Below, piece by piece: positions 27,826 through 37,998 of a stretch of 64,000 nt of DNA. The stretch is from Gammaproteobacteria bacterium (GTDB lineage: Bacteria; Pseudomonadota; Gammaproteobacteria; UBA4575). The first letter of the stretch is position 1; each line of letters starts with the position of its first letter. A model generated the notes under the pieces. The model searched no databases, was not told the origin of the DNA, and was given only the letters and a program-made list of their open reading frames with translations. Position numbers and translations under genes: made by a program. The DNA lies in assembly GCA_965243395.1 (NCBI GenBank), contig CBDEUS010000001.1, forward strand, positions 864,001 to 928,000, written 5' to 3'.

Positions 27826-28698
27826 ATGGATCAACGTGATACTAAAATTCTACGCATTATTCTCATCGAAGGAATTGCAAACTTAACTGTTTTAATAATC
27901 AAACTGGTAGTTGGAATAGGCACCGGTTCATTAGCAGTGTTAAGTGATGCAGTTCACTCACTTACTGACATCTTCAATAATATTATTGCGTGGTTCGTAA
28001 CACGTCATTCTGTCAAACCAGCAGATACCAGACACCCTTATGGCCATCGAAAGTTTGAAACCGTTGCAGTATTTTCTCTTGCTTCATTGCTAGTAATTCT
28101 AGCTTTTGAGCTGGCTGTCCACGCCATCACACGAGAAACAACTGAAATAACAACCAGTAACATAGAGCTTGGGTTGATGCTTGGGGTACTTGCTATAAAC
28201 TTTATTATTTCAGTATGGCAACGTAATTGGGCTAGGCGATTGAAGTCTGACATCCTTACTGCAGATGCGAACCATACTTTTTCAGATGTGCTTGTCACTA
28301 CAAGTGTTATTGTTGGCTGGCAAGTATCTGCTATGGGTTGGTTTTGGGTAGATAAACTATGTGCCCTGGTGGTAGCAGGATTAATATTTTACCTTGCATT
28401 TGTCCTTTTCAGGAGAACTATACCGGTACTGTTGGATGAACGTGCGATAGATCCAGAGAAACTGAAAGCAGCAATGTTGGAGGTTGACGGCGTACTTGCG
28501 ATACGGAGGATTCGCTCAAGATGGATCGGTTCGATACGGGCAGTGGATTTAGTAATTGAGGTTGGTGCAAAGTTGTCTACAGAAGAAGCGCATGAAATCA
28601 CTGAACGACTCGAAGGCATATTGGCAAATCGTTTTGACGTGCAAGATATTTCTATTCATGTTGAGCCGCACAACTTAGATCCAAAGCAGATATTTTGA
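27826..28698 (+). CDS. Cation diffusion facilitator (CDF) metal transporter
   Basis: SDAVHSLTD, HPYGHRKFE, ADANHTFSD, IHVEP. Confidence 0.92.
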   Translation: MDQRDTKILRIILIEGIANLTVLIIKLVVGIGTGSLAVLSDAVHSLTDIFNNIIAWFVTRHSVKPADTRHPYGHRKFETVAVFSLASLLVILAFELAVHAITRETTEITTSNIELGLMLGVLAINFIISVWQRNWARRLKSDILTADANHTFSDVLVTTSVIVGWQVSAMGWFWVDKLCALVVAGLIFYLAFVLFRRTIPVLLDERAIDPEKLKAAMLEVDGVLAIRRIRSRWIGSIRAVDLVIEVGAKLSTEEAHEITERLEGILANRFDVQDISIHVEPHNLDPKQIF

Positions 28699-28756
28699 TT
28701 AAGTAAGAAAACGCGTTAATTTATATTGTGTAATTAAAGTATCAAAGAGGTAGATA

Positions 28757-29440
28757 GTGTCTAAAATTTTGATATCCATCTCTTTCATAGCAGGTATTGG
28801 GTTTTACGCTGTTATTCTTTTCTGGCCTGCAGGGAAAATTGACTGGTTAGATGGTTGGCTCTATTTGGGAATTGTCACTGCATATCAATTCATCACTGTT
28901 GTCTATCTCACGCAAGTAAATCCTGAGCTTGTAGAGTATCGATTAAAGTTTGTTGGTATTAGCAAAGGAACGAAGCGATGGGACAAGATCTGGCTAGTTT
29001 TATTTATCCCTTTATTTATATCGATCTATGTAATCGCAGGACTAGATGCAGTACGTTTTGAATGGTCTAGTATGTCGTCTTGGTTTTGGTTTCCCGGGTT
29101 AGTTCTATTTATACCGACTGCGGTTCTCTTTTCCTGGTCTATGGGAGTCAATCCGTTTTTTGAAAAAACAGTACGGATTCAAACAGATCGTAAACACCGC
29201 GTGATCGATACAGGCCCATATCGATTTGTTCGTCATCCCGGTTATGTAGGGTTATTTGGTTGGTGCCTATCCGCACCATTGTTTCTAGGCTCATGGTGGG
29301 CTTTCATACCAGCTGTTTTATCAGTTATTGCGCTTGTGATTCGAACAGCTTTAGAAGATGGAACGCTTCATAATGAGCTTGCTGGATACGAAGAATATTC
29401 AAACCGAGTCTACTATAGACTCATCCCAGGTGTTTGGTAA
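28757..29440 (+). CDS. Isoprenylcysteine carboxyl methyltransferase (ICMT/PEMT) family protein
   Basis: HRVIDTGPYRFVRHPGY, RTALED, YRLIPGVW. Confidence 0.88.
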   Translation: MSKILISISFIAGIGFYAVILFWPAGKIDWLDGWLYLGIVTAYQFITVVYLTQVNPELVEYRLKFVGISKGTKRWDKIWLVLFIPLFISIYVIAGLDAVRFEWSSMSSWFWFPGLVLFIPTAVLFSWSMGVNPFFEKTVRIQTDRKHRVIDTGPYRFVRHPGYVGLFGWCLSAPLFLGSWWAFIPAVLSVIALVIRTALEDGTLHNELAGYEEYSNRVYYRLIPGVW

Positions 29441-29499
29441 TAGTTAATAAGCGACATGATAATCACTACAAGGTTTGAGAAGGTCATGCGTTATACGAA

Positions 29500-29527
29500 A
29501 TGACCGCTATTGGCCGAAAGCGGACAT
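29500..29527 (+). repeat. 28-bp cassette site (TGGCCG spacer)
   Basis: ATGACCGCTAT TGGCCG AAAGCGGACAT. Confidence 0.9.
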
Positions 29528-29540
29528 TTCCTAAAGTAGT

Positions 29541-29595
29541 AGAATAGGGTGGTTCACCCCTCTACAAAACCCGCGTCCTAAACCTTAATTCGAGT
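29541..29595 (+). repeat. ~55-bp repeat B
   Basis: AGAATAGGGTGGTTCACCCCTCTACAAAACCCGCGTCCTAAACCTTAATTCGAGT. Confidence 0.8.
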
Positions 29596-29657
29596 CCATG
29601 TCCCTCAATTAGTAATCGGTTTCATTTGTATTTATATATTTTGCTTTACATTATTAA

Positions 29658-30779
29658 TCAAAATTCAACAGAGGCTTGGAACGAAAAGAGATCTCTATCA
29701 TCAAGTTCTTGATCGTCGTCATCAAAAACAAAGTCATTTTCATACTCTCCATGCAGATAATCAGCTGTAATGTTTATTCTTTCAATTGGCCTCCAAGATA
29801 ACGAAACACCATATTGAGTTTCGGGAGCATCTGAAAATTCATCACTTCCCTCAAATCTGACAGCAATTTGAAATGTATCAGTAAAATAGAATGCACCCTC
29901 CACATTGTAGGCTGAGGGTTTATCTTCTGTGCGATCAAATTCTTTAAACCTATTGTTTGCTTGAACATACTCTGCTGTTAACTCAACATTATTAAATCCA
30001 AATAAGAAATAAGCGTTGAAAGCAGAAATACGATCTGCATAAAAATTGTCTTCATCGATTAAAAACTCTTCATCACTTTCTGCTAAATCAGAAAGATAAC
30101 CCAAGCCAAACTTCAAATTTTCTAAATCATTTGTAATCTCTAGACTTGCTCCCCAATCAAACTCTGTATTTTTATTTCTTTTTTCAACATCACTATCAAT
30201 CATGAATCCCGTAATTTCCATGTTTTCAAAGATCTCGTAATCAATAATAAGGCCATTACGGACTGTTTCGCCAAATTCTAGAATAGGGTCTGTAACAAAG
30301 TTACTATAATATTCTCCAAAAGGCGCTGATACTCTCCCTATCTCAAATCCTAAATTGAGCTCATCTAACTCGATAAAGTAAAATATTTCATCCCATTTTC
30401 CATTAATGGTTTGGCCATCATGGTCTGTTTCATACACCAATTCAGCACCTGACCAATTTGAAAATGATAATTCTATTGCCCACTGCACATTAAATGCAGT
30501 GTCTACAGTTTCTCTATTTTTTCTGTTATCGATAGTATTATTTTCAAAATATTCTTTCTCTATCTCTAACAATCCAGAAAATTTCGTCCAATCATTAAGC
30601 TGAGTACCAAGACCCGCCTCCCTTCTTTCCTCAGGGCTTTTATATTTTCGTGCTGAATCATGTTGATTATTAGACAACTCATCAGAATATGCCCATGGAT
30701 TCAAAAATATCATGCATATAAGTAGAAAAATTTTTGAGCAATTAGAAAGCGGATACATGCTGAAAATATGTCTTAACAA
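29658..30779 (-). CDS. Outer-membrane porin (LbtU-like)
   Basis: Signal peptide, SGLLEIE, PFGEYYSNFVTDP.LEFGET, C-terminal SVEF. Confidence 0.7.
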   Translation of the reverse strand: MLRHIFSMYPLSNCSKIFLLICMIFLNPWAYSDELSNNQHDSARKYKSPEERREAGLGTQLNDWTKFSGLLEIEKEYFENNTIDNRKNRETVDTAFNVQWAIELSFSNWSGAELVYETDHDGQTINGKWDEIFYFIELDELNLGFEIGRVSAPFGEYYSNFVTDPILEFGETVRNGLIIDYEIFENMEITGFMIDSDVEKRNKNTEFDWGASLEITNDLENLKFGLGYLSDLAESDEEFLIDEDNFYADRISAFNAYFLFGFNNVELTAEYVQANNRFKEFDRTEDKPSAYNVEGAFYFTDTFQIAVRFEGSDEFSDAPETQYGVSLSWRPIERINITADYLHGEYENDFVFDDDDQELDDRDLFSFQASVEF

Positions 30780-30844
30780 TATAATATTATCAATAGATTC
30801 ATAATTTTATTAAGCCATATCCGCGTATTAAATCTATGGGTTGC

Positions 30845-30868
30845 AAACATCACCAAATGGTAATGTTT
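30845..30868. promoter_or_regulatory. Palindromic CusR/CopR-like box
   Basis: AAACATCACCA-AA-TGGTAATGTTT; a second related copy ATTACCAAATGGTGAA lies at 33044-33059. Confidence 0.5.
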
Positions 30869-30970
30869 TAATAAAAGTAACTGCTTTGTAACCAACAGTT
30901 TTTTGGATATAAAGAGGTTACACTAACCATATTATCAGTAGTAGATTATTACAGATCCATAAGCTTTATT

Positions 30971-31648
30971 ATGAAATTGTTATTGATAGAAGACGATGAG
31001 ATTCTCAGCAAGTTTATCGTTAAGGGCCTGCATGAAGCTGGTTATATAGTAGATCATGTGACTGATGGATTAACTGGTCTAGAAGCACTTTTGCAAAATA
31101 CATATGATTTGGCCATAGTTGATTTAATGCTTCCAAAACTCGATGGATTATCTGTAATTGAACAAATTAGAGGTAAAAAAATTAAGTTGCCAATTATCAT
31201 CCTAAGCGCAAAACGATCGATAGATGATAGAGTGAGTGGGCTTCAAAGAGGTAGCGACGACTACCTGACTAAACCATTTTCATTTAGCGAACTTCTTGCT
31301 CGCATAGAAGCTTTACTTAGGCGCTCAAATGACATCAATGATTTGAGTGAACTGATATTTGAAGACTTGTCATTAGATTTAGTATCTAGAACTGTTGTAC
31401 GAGAAGATAAGAAAATTGATTTGCAACCTAAAGAATTTGCGTTATTAGAATATTTAATTAGAAATGCAGGGAGAATTGTTTCTAAAACAATGATTATTGA
31501 ACGAGTATGGAGTTACGATTTTGATCCTGGCACAAATGTTGTCGAGGCAAGAATAAGTAAACTAAGAGAAAAGATTGACAAAGGGTTTAAAAAGACTCTG
31601 ATCCACACAGTTCGTGGTCTCGGTTATACGATTAAAAAAGATGCTTAA
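30971..31648 (+). CDS. OmpR-family response regulator (CusR/CopR-like)
   Basis: LLIEDD, DLMLP, DDYLTKPF, winged helix ending IHTVRGLGY. Confidence 0.92.
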   Translation: MKLLLIEDDEILSKFIVKGLHEAGYIVDHVTDGLTGLEALLQNTYDLAIVDLMLPKLDGLSVIEQIRGKKIKLPIIILSAKRSIDDRVSGLQRGSDDYLTKPFSFSELLARIEALLRRSNDINDLSELIFEDLSLDLVSRTVVREDKKIDLQPKEFALLEYLIRNAGRIVSKTMIIERVWSYDFDPGTNVVEARISKLREKIDKGFKKTLIHTVRGLGYTIKKDA

Positions 31649-33029
31649 TTCTCCAACTACATTTTCAACAAAACTAACGCTTTGGTATGGCATTACTTTC
31701 TTTTTGTTTCTTCTAATATCGTTTTGCATTCTTTATTTCTCTGTTGACGCAGTATTAGAGTCAGAAATTAAAGAGGATTTAATCGAAGACATTGCTGAAT
31801 TTAGAAGCCTATATAACGAAGACGGTTTAGATGAAATAAAGCGTGAAATTAGAAATGAAAGTGCTACAGAGGATAGCAATGATGAGTTTATAAGATTGCT
31901 TAGCCTGGATGGTGAAGAACTAATTTCAACGAATTTAGAGAACTGGAAAGGGCTTTATGCATTTGATACAAAATTGAAACGAGCAGCAGAAATACATCCA
32001 GAGCCTATAGTTGAAACTATAAAACTCGCGAATCATGACTATCATTCAAAAGTAGCCTATGCGCTTATTGCAGATAAATATATTTTGCAAATAGGTGAAT
32101 CTACAGAAAATAAGAGCGATTTAATGGAAATAATTGCTCTCTCATTAGCGCCTTTGCTGTTTATAGCAATCCCATTTGCCTCATTGATATGTTGGAAAAT
32201 AGCAAAACATACTACTAAAGATATTGAGCAAGTCAGTAAAACTGCTTCTCTTTTAGAATCTGGTGATTTTTCCCAAAGGGTCAAAATAGGTACAAACGTT
32301 CGTGAAGTAGCATCACTTGGTATTAGTTTCAATAACATGGCTGAACGTGTCCAAACATTAATAACTGAAATGCGAGAGATGATTGATAATATCGCGCATG
32401 ATCTACGAAGCCCTATAGGTCGAATACGAGCAATTTCAGAAGATTCTATTTCTAATAATAATAATCTAGAGGAATATAAAGTCGCGTCTGCTCAAACATT
32501 AGAAGAATGTGATCGTTTAATAACGATGATTAATACTACATTAGATGTAGCAGAAGCTGAGTCTGGTGTCAGTAATGAGCACCATGAAAAAGTAAATATC
32601 TCAAATATAGTTGAAGAAGTTTGCGATTTGTTTGAACCGTTAGCCGAAAGTAAAAACATTAGACTAATTGCAACTGTTCAGCCTAATAAAATCATTTCTG
32701 GAAATAAACAAAACTTACAAAGAATGATTTCAAATATGATTGATAATGCAATTAAATATACTGGAAAAAATGGAGAAATTATTGTTGATGTTATTAATAA
32801 TGAAAAAGAAATCAAAATTTTTATAAAAGACACTGGTATAGGTATTCCAGGTGATGAAGTAGATCGAATATTTGATAGGTTTTATAGATGTGATTCTAGC
32901 AGATCAAATGAGGGATGTGGGTTAGGATTGAGTTTTGCGCGTGCTGTTGCACGCTCTCATAATGGCGATATACAAATAGAAAGTGAAGTAAATAAAGGAA
33001 GTATCTTCACAATCATGCTTCCATACTAA
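31641..33029 (+). CDS. HAMP-domain sensor histidine kinase
   Basis: Two TM segments, AHDLRSP H-box, NAIKY, DTGIG, GCGLGL; ATG 31641 overlaps the regulator's 3' end. Confidence 0.92.
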   Translation: MLNSPTTFSTKLTLWYGITFFLFLLISFCILYFSVDAVLESEIKEDLIEDIAEFRSLYNEDGLDEIKREIRNESATEDSNDEFIRLLSLDGEELISTNLENWKGLYAFDTKLKRAAEIHPEPIVETIKLANHDYHSKVAYALIADKYILQIGESTENKSDLMEIIALSLAPLLFIAIPFASLICWKIAKHTTKDIEQVSKTASLLESGDFSQRVKIGTNVREVASLGISFNNMAERVQTLITEMREMIDNIAHDLRSPIGRIRAISEDSISNNNNLEEYKVASAQTLEECDRLITMINTTLDVAEAESGVSNEHHEKVNISNIVEEVCDLFEPLAESKNIRLIATVQPNKIISGNKQNLQRMISNMIDNAIKYTGKNGEIIVDVINNEKEIKIFIKDTGIGIPGDEVDRIFDRFYRCDSSRSNEGCGLGLSFARAVARSHNGDIQIESEVNKGSIFTIMLPY

Positions 33030-33126
33030 TTATTCTGTGAATTATTACCAAATGGTGAAATTATCGTAACAAACAAATGGGGATTGATAATACATAATAC
33101 ATGCACATTCATATTTATAGTATTGC

Positions 33127-33528
33127 ATGTATGCCAAAAGTTTAAACACAATTGAAAAACATGTATTGCATCATTTCATCAATCAAAATCAAAATAAGTT
33201 TAAAAACTTAACTGAACAGATTGTACATGCTTCAATTGTAAATAGAAAAAAGTCGAATACTGGGTTTAAAACAGAGTTTTTGATACCAAAATATATACCA
33301 AAAATAAACACTCTGAGCATAAATACAGTTTTATACTTATATGGTGCACATCAAGAACTTGATTCTTTTGTAAACTTTATGCTCTGGTTTACATTTGGTC
33401 GGCTTAATTATTTAGAGGGTATTTCCAGTATAGGCACATGGCCTAGTAATGAACTAGATATCATCATTTTTCCATCATACGAAGTTAGTTCGCTACATTC
33501 ACAGGCAACTGATTATCTCATCAAATGA
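33127..33528 (+). CDS. Hypothetical protein
   Basis: 133-aa ORF. Confidence 0.5.
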   Translation: MYAKSLNTIEKHVLHHFINQNQNKFKNLTEQIVHASIVNRKKSNTGFKTEFLIPKYIPKINTLSINTVLYLYGAHQELDSFVNFMLWFTFGRLNYLEGISSIGTWPSNELDIIIFPSYEVSSLHSQATDYLIK

Positions 33529-33606
33529 TCATTTTTCAGTAAGCTTGTCATTAGATTAGCTAAGTAGATTTACACATGTATTAAATATTAATCACGGGAG
33601 TTAATC

Positions 33607-34620
33607 ATGAGTTTATCTAAAGTCAAATTTTTTATAACTATTATTTGTTTAACATTTCTTATTACACCCATAACGAGCATAGCAAGTAATAATCAAGATA
33701 GAGCGTGTACAAAATCTGCAAAATTTCTTAAATCTGCATGTGGTTTTGAGGTCAGAGATGATTATCTAAGCACGGTAGCAATCTGTCTTAATGAATCGGA
33801 CAAAGACAGTCGAAAAGAATGTATGCGTGATGCAAGATCCAATCAAAGAGAAGCTAACATGGAATGCAGAGAAGTATTTAGAGCTAGAAAGAGAGTGTGT
33901 AATGATATCGGTGAAGAGCCCTATGATCCCCCATTTAGTGAAGAATTTTCGCAAGAATTTGTTGATCCACGGGAAATTGGAAAATCTGTAAGTCCGAATC
34001 CTTATTTACCTTTAATTGCTGGAAATCAATGGGTATATCAATCCACTACAATTAATGAAGAAGGAGAAGAAGAAATTGAAAACAATGTTGTCACCGTAAC
34101 AGATAAAACTAAATTAATTGATGGCATCAGGTGTCTTACAGTTACAGATGTGGAGATGGATGGTGAGGACATTATTGAAAGCACGGATGATTGGTACGCA
34201 CAAGATATTTATGGAAATGTTTGGTATTGCGGAGAAATTTCGGAGAACTTTGAGTTATTTGAAGGAGACGACCCAGAAATTCCAGAACTTGTCGATATCG
34301 ATGGATCATGGAAATCAGGTAGAGAAGGAGCGAAAGCAGGTATTCTTTTACCTAGCGTTCCACAAATTGGCGAAACTATACGTCAAGAAGTTGCCTGGGG
34401 TGACGCCGAAGACATTATTGAAATTTTAGCGACTGATGCATCTGAATCAGCACCTGGTGGTTCTTGCACCAATAGTTGCTTACAAACATTCGACTATACA
34501 CCGCTTGATCCCGAGGCACTTGAGCATAAATTTTATGTGCCGGGGTTGGGACTTATAGTAGAAGTTGATTTAACTAATGGTGATCGCAATGAACTAATCG
34601 AATTTAGAAGCTCGCTTTAA
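33607..34620 (+). CDS. Secreted acidic Cys-rich hypothetical protein
   Basis: Signal peptide, Cys-rich helical N-domain, NPYLPL..G..W.Y and DWYAQD..GNVWYCGE motifs. Confidence 0.7.
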   Translation: MSLSKVKFFITIICLTFLITPITSIASNNQDRACTKSAKFLKSACGFEVRDDYLSTVAICLNESDKDSRKECMRDARSNQREANMECREVFRARKRVCNDIGEEPYDPPFSEEFSQEFVDPREIGKSVSPNPYLPLIAGNQWVYQSTTINEEGEEEIENNVVTVTDKTKLIDGIRCLTVTDVEMDGEDIIESTDDWYAQDIYGNVWYCGEISENFELFEGDDPEIPELVDIDGSWKSGREGAKAGILLPSVPQIGETIRQEVAWGDAEDIIEILATDASESAPGGSCTNSCLQTFDYTPLDPEALEHKFYVPGLGLIVEVDLTNGDRNELIEFRSSL

Positions 34621-34637
34621 TATAAAACTTTTAGTGA

Positions 34638-34669
34638 AAAGGCAGCAAATTTTACAATTTGCTGCCTTT
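34638..34669 (+). terminator. Intrinsic terminator
   Basis: AAAGGCAGCAAATT-TTAC-AATTTGCTGCCTTT. Confidence 0.75.
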
Positions 34670-34691
34670 AATATGTATATTTGCAATCAGC

Positions 34692-34746
34692 AGAATAGAG
34701 TAGTTCACACCACTACAAAACCCGCGATCTAAGACTTAATTCGAGT
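34692..34746 (+). repeat. ~55-bp repeat B (diverged)
   Basis: AGAATAGAGTAGTTCACACCACTACAAAACCCGCGATCTAAGACTTAATTCGAGT. Confidence 0.75.
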
Positions 34747-34856
34747 GATAGCCCCTCAAACAAATTGAAAAGCTAAGCATCTGTAATTGAAAGAGAATAA
34801 ATTCAAGTCTCTTCTAGATACCCCCAGAAGTACCCCAATTTGGCTTTTGATTAGTA

Positions 34857-34885
34857 ATGTCTGCTTTCGACTAAAAAGAAGTTAT
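34857..34885 (-). repeat. Cassette site, apparently inverted
   Basis: The minus strand reads ATAACTTCTTTT TAGTCG AAAGCAGACAT. Confidence 0.6.
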
Positions 34886-34898
34886 AAAAGTTATTTGT

Positions 34899-35576
34899 TT
34901 AATTGCTGAATCGTATAATTTCTTTATTTGAAAACAACCAAACACGTCCTATCCAGTAAACTACCATGGCAAGAATTAAGAAAACTGGAATACCAATAAT
35001 ATAGATAAGTTGTTCTCCAGGCATATCTTTAATATTAGCGCCTTGCATTTTTATAATTTTGTCAATGAGCGCCAGTACAGCCCATACCAAAGAAAAACCC
35101 ATTCGCCACACATGCCTAATGATGCGATGTGGACCTGATAATCCTGATTTATAAATATTATGCATGTCGCCTATCGCACATAAAATTGCGAAGACAGCCC
35201 AATAATAATAGTTGTTCTCAACGCCTACATCAGTTGTACTATTTGTTATAAATATTGAACCAACTGCTAAAACTATTATCCATACCAATGCCATATACTC
35301 TAGAACGTTAATTTCATTTTTTTTATGGTGAGCTGTAAGCCATGCAGTAAATATTGTGTAAATAACTAACAAGCTTAGCAACATATCATCAATTGATTCT
35401 TTTAATGTTGCTGCTATAAAACCAGACACCAACATAATTAGCATTGAAGCTGTAAAACAACTACCAGCTTTTTTATGTAGATCCCCGCCTTTATTCGCTA
35501 ACAAGGTAACAACAGCAGCAACTAATCCAATCGATCCTGCCGGTGTATGTACCGCCCACACAATTATCTCTTTCAC
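34899..35576 (-). CDS. DUF2306-like membrane protein
   Basis: VHTPAGSIGL, KGGDLHKKAG, RIIRHVWRM. Confidence 0.65.
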   Translation of the reverse strand: MKEIIVWAVHTPAGSIGLVAAVVTLLANKGGDLHKKAGSCFTASMLIMLVSGFIAATLKESIDDMLLSLLVIYTIFTAWLTAHHKKNEINVLEYMALVWIIVLAVGSIFITNSTTDVGVENNYYYWAVFAILCAIGDMHNIYKSGLSGPHRIIRHVWRMGFSLVWAVLALIDKIIKMQGANIKDMPGEQLIYIIGIPVFLILAMVVYWIGRVWLFSNKEIIRFSN

Positions 35577-35600
35577 GACGTAAGTCTCAAATAATTAAAG

Positions 35601-35927
35601 CTATAAATTGTTATTTAGTTTCTTACTTGCAAGATAACCATATTGAGAATCTTGATGCTGTCCCACTAAATATTCGTAAAGCGTATTTGCAATATCATGA
35701 TTTCCTAAACCTTCATGGGCTTGTGCTTTTAAGTAAGTTACCTCTGCTTTCATTTCTGGCGTTGAATCATTTATGTTTTCAGCTCGTGTAATTAGCTCTA
35801 ATGTACTTTCATAATCTTGTGCCTCAAATTTTTTGTACGCTTCTGTGATAGAGGCACTTTGAATCATGCTGCTACATCCTGCTACGACCAGCATTAAGAC
35901 CAAAAATAATAATTTCTTAATCATCAT
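35601..35927 (-). CDS. TPR-like lipoprotein
   Basis: Lipobox VAGC and a TPR-like YLKAQAHEGLG segment. Confidence 0.7.
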   Translation of the reverse strand: MMIKKLLFLVLMLVVAGCSSMIQSASITEAYKKFEAQDYESTLELITRAENINDSTPEMKAEVTYLKAQAHEGLGNHDIANTLYEYLVGQHQDSQYGYLASKKLNNNL

Positions 35928-36030
35928 TTAAACCTTAGATTTAATTTGAAGTAATCAACGGCGCGAGATACTATCAATACATAAATCGATATAATAGAGA
36001 GAAATATCTATATCAGGTATACATATTTGC

Positions 36031-36921
36031 ATGGATTGGAAATCAATAAAATTCGACTGGAATCGGGCTAGAGCATTTCTTGTCACAGCAGAAGAAGGCT
36101 CACTCGCTGCTGCCGCACGTGCTCTTAATATGACTCAACCTACATTAGGCCGTCAGGTAGCTGCATTAGAAGATGAGCTTGGTGTTGAACTTTTCAATCG
36201 CAGTGGTAGAGGCTTGGAACTTACACCTAATGGAATGATGTTAGTTGATCATGTGCGCGCAATGGGCGAAGCTGCTAACCTTGTTTCTTTAACTGCTTCC
36301 GGCAGATCTCAAGCAGTTGAAGGACTAGTATGTATTTCCGCAAGTGATGCTTTTTCAACTTACCATCTACCAGGAATGATCAGTCGATTGAAAGAAAAAG
36401 CGCCTGGTATTCAAATTGAAATTGTTGCATCAAACGAGTTGAGCGACTTACGTCGTCGCGAAGCAGACATTGCTATTAGACACGTGCGACCAGAACAACC
36501 TGACCTTATAACCAAACTAGTCCGAGAACCCCTAGCAAACTTATATGCAGCAAGTTCATACTTTGAGAATCATGACCGCCCAATGTCTATTGATGATTTA
36601 TCGAATGCTGATTTTATTGGATTTGAGAATGTTGACCGATCTGTTGCAATCTATAATGAAATCGGTCTACCCATAACTAAAAATAACATAAAGTACAATT
36701 CAGGCTCTGTGGTAGTGGGTTGGGAATTAGTTAAACATGGACTTGGTATCATAATAATGAGTGAAGAAATAGCTTTAAACACACCCAATATTGAACAAGT
36801 ATTAGAAAACTTTGAGTCAATACAATTTCCTGTTTGGTTGACAACGCACCGTGAATTACACACTAATCGTTGTATTCGAATTGTATATGACCATCTCGCT
36901 ACAGAGCTTAGTAGCCAATAA
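36031..36921 (+). CDS. LysR-family transcriptional regulator
   Basis: HTH region AEEGSLAAAARALNMTQPTLGRQVAALE; DLRRREADIAIR. Confidence 0.93.
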   Translation: MDWKSIKFDWNRARAFLVTAEEGSLAAAARALNMTQPTLGRQVAALEDELGVELFNRSGRGLELTPNGMMLVDHVRAMGEAANLVSLTASGRSQAVEGLVCISASDAFSTYHLPGMISRLKEKAPGIQIEIVASNELSDLRRREADIAIRHVRPEQPDLITKLVREPLANLYAASSYFENHDRPMSIDDLSNADFIGFENVDRSVAIYNEIGLPITKNNIKYNSGSVVVGWELVKHGLGIIIMSEEIALNTPNIEQVLENFESIQFPVWLTTHRELHTNRCIRIVYDHLATELSSQ

Positions 36922-36967
36922 ATATTTAGTGAGAAATTTGTTGGAATCACTTATACGTAACTCTAGA

Positions 36968-36995
36968 ATGACCGCTAACGACCCAAAGCAGTCAT
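36968..36995 (+). repeat. 28-bp cassette site
   Basis: ATGACCGCTAA CGACCC AAAGCAGTCAT. Confidence 0.88.
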
Positions 36996-37020
36996 ATTTA
37001 AAATAATCTAGGGGATTGTA

Positions 37021-37992
37021 ATGTATCAATTAAGAAGTGGTTTAACATTTCTTGAAATGTGTCAAAAGGCATTGTTATTTTTTGCGCTAGGTTTGTTTGT
37101 TGGAGCAATGGCTCAGCTTATAATGCCAAAAATATTAAGCCCCACTCTTGTAAGAGATATATTAGATATTCCTGTCTACCCAAGACCTAACTCATTTATT
37201 TTCTTATTAGAGCTTACACCAATGTTTTTGGCGGGCTCAGTATTTGGCTGGATACTATCCATAGCATCAAAACCTCACTACATAATCAATACAGCATTTG
37301 CGACTCTCGGATCATTACTGTTTGTATTTTTCATGTCATTTAATATGAGCCGGTTATTTGGATTTAATGAATTTTATTTTGAGCATCCATGGATATGGTC
37401 ATATCTAGCAGGTTTTACTTTTACATTGTTATTATTTAGTGCTGTATCAAACGCTGAAACCATCAAAACAAAAGGTGTTGCAACTTTATGCGTATTACTT
37501 GCATGCATATCCATTTACTTAATTGCAAGCTATGTTTACTTGTCAAGAGACTATAAGAGACCTATAGATGCCTATGCATCTGTGGAGGGAATCAGATTAC
37601 TACCAAGGTTCATACCAAAAGCTTATTTGATGTTAACAAATTATAAAAACCGCTATATAGAAGGCAACAAAGAGTCACTGCATAGATTTCTTTTCACACT
37701 TTATGCTTCTAAGAGATATAGCAAGTCAAGACTGATAGAACTTTCGGCTGGATACTTGAAAAATGGCGCTGATATTAATGAGGTTAACCATCATGGAACT
37801 ATATTGCATGGGGCTGTCAGTTCAAGAGATGTAAAACTTATAGAACATGCACTAAGTTTTGGCGCAGATAAAGAAATCAAAACACATATATATAAAAATT
37901 ATAGGTGCACTGATATGACAAGTCTGGAATTAGCCAAATGCTTGCATGCTCTCGGTCGGCATGATTACACAAATATTATTTCGCTGCTTTAA
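37021..37992 (+). CDS. Membrane protein with a C-terminal ankyrin-like repeat
   Basis: About five TM segments, then LKNGADINEVNHHGTILHGAV...FGAD. Confidence 0.65.
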   Translation: MYQLRSGLTFLEMCQKALLFFALGLFVGAMAQLIMPKILSPTLVRDILDIPVYPRPNSFIFLLELTPMFLAGSVFGWILSIASKPHYIINTAFATLGSLLFVFFMSFNMSRLFGFNEFYFEHPWIWSYLAGFTFTLLLFSAVSNAETIKTKGVATLCVLLACISIYLIASYVYLSRDYKRPIDAYASVEGIRLLPRFIPKAYLMLTNYKNRYIEGNKESLHRFLFTLYASKRYSKSRLIELSAGYLKNGADINEVNHHGTILHGAVSSRDVKLIEHALSFGADKEIKTHIYKNYRCTDMTSLELAKCLHALGRHDYTNIISLL

Positions 37993-37998
37993 ACCAAA

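Noticed and set aside
29560-29580. Similarity of repeat B (CGCGGGTTTT on the minus strand) to the lambda cos region
   Set aside because: The match is only about 10 nt and there are no terminase or phage genes.
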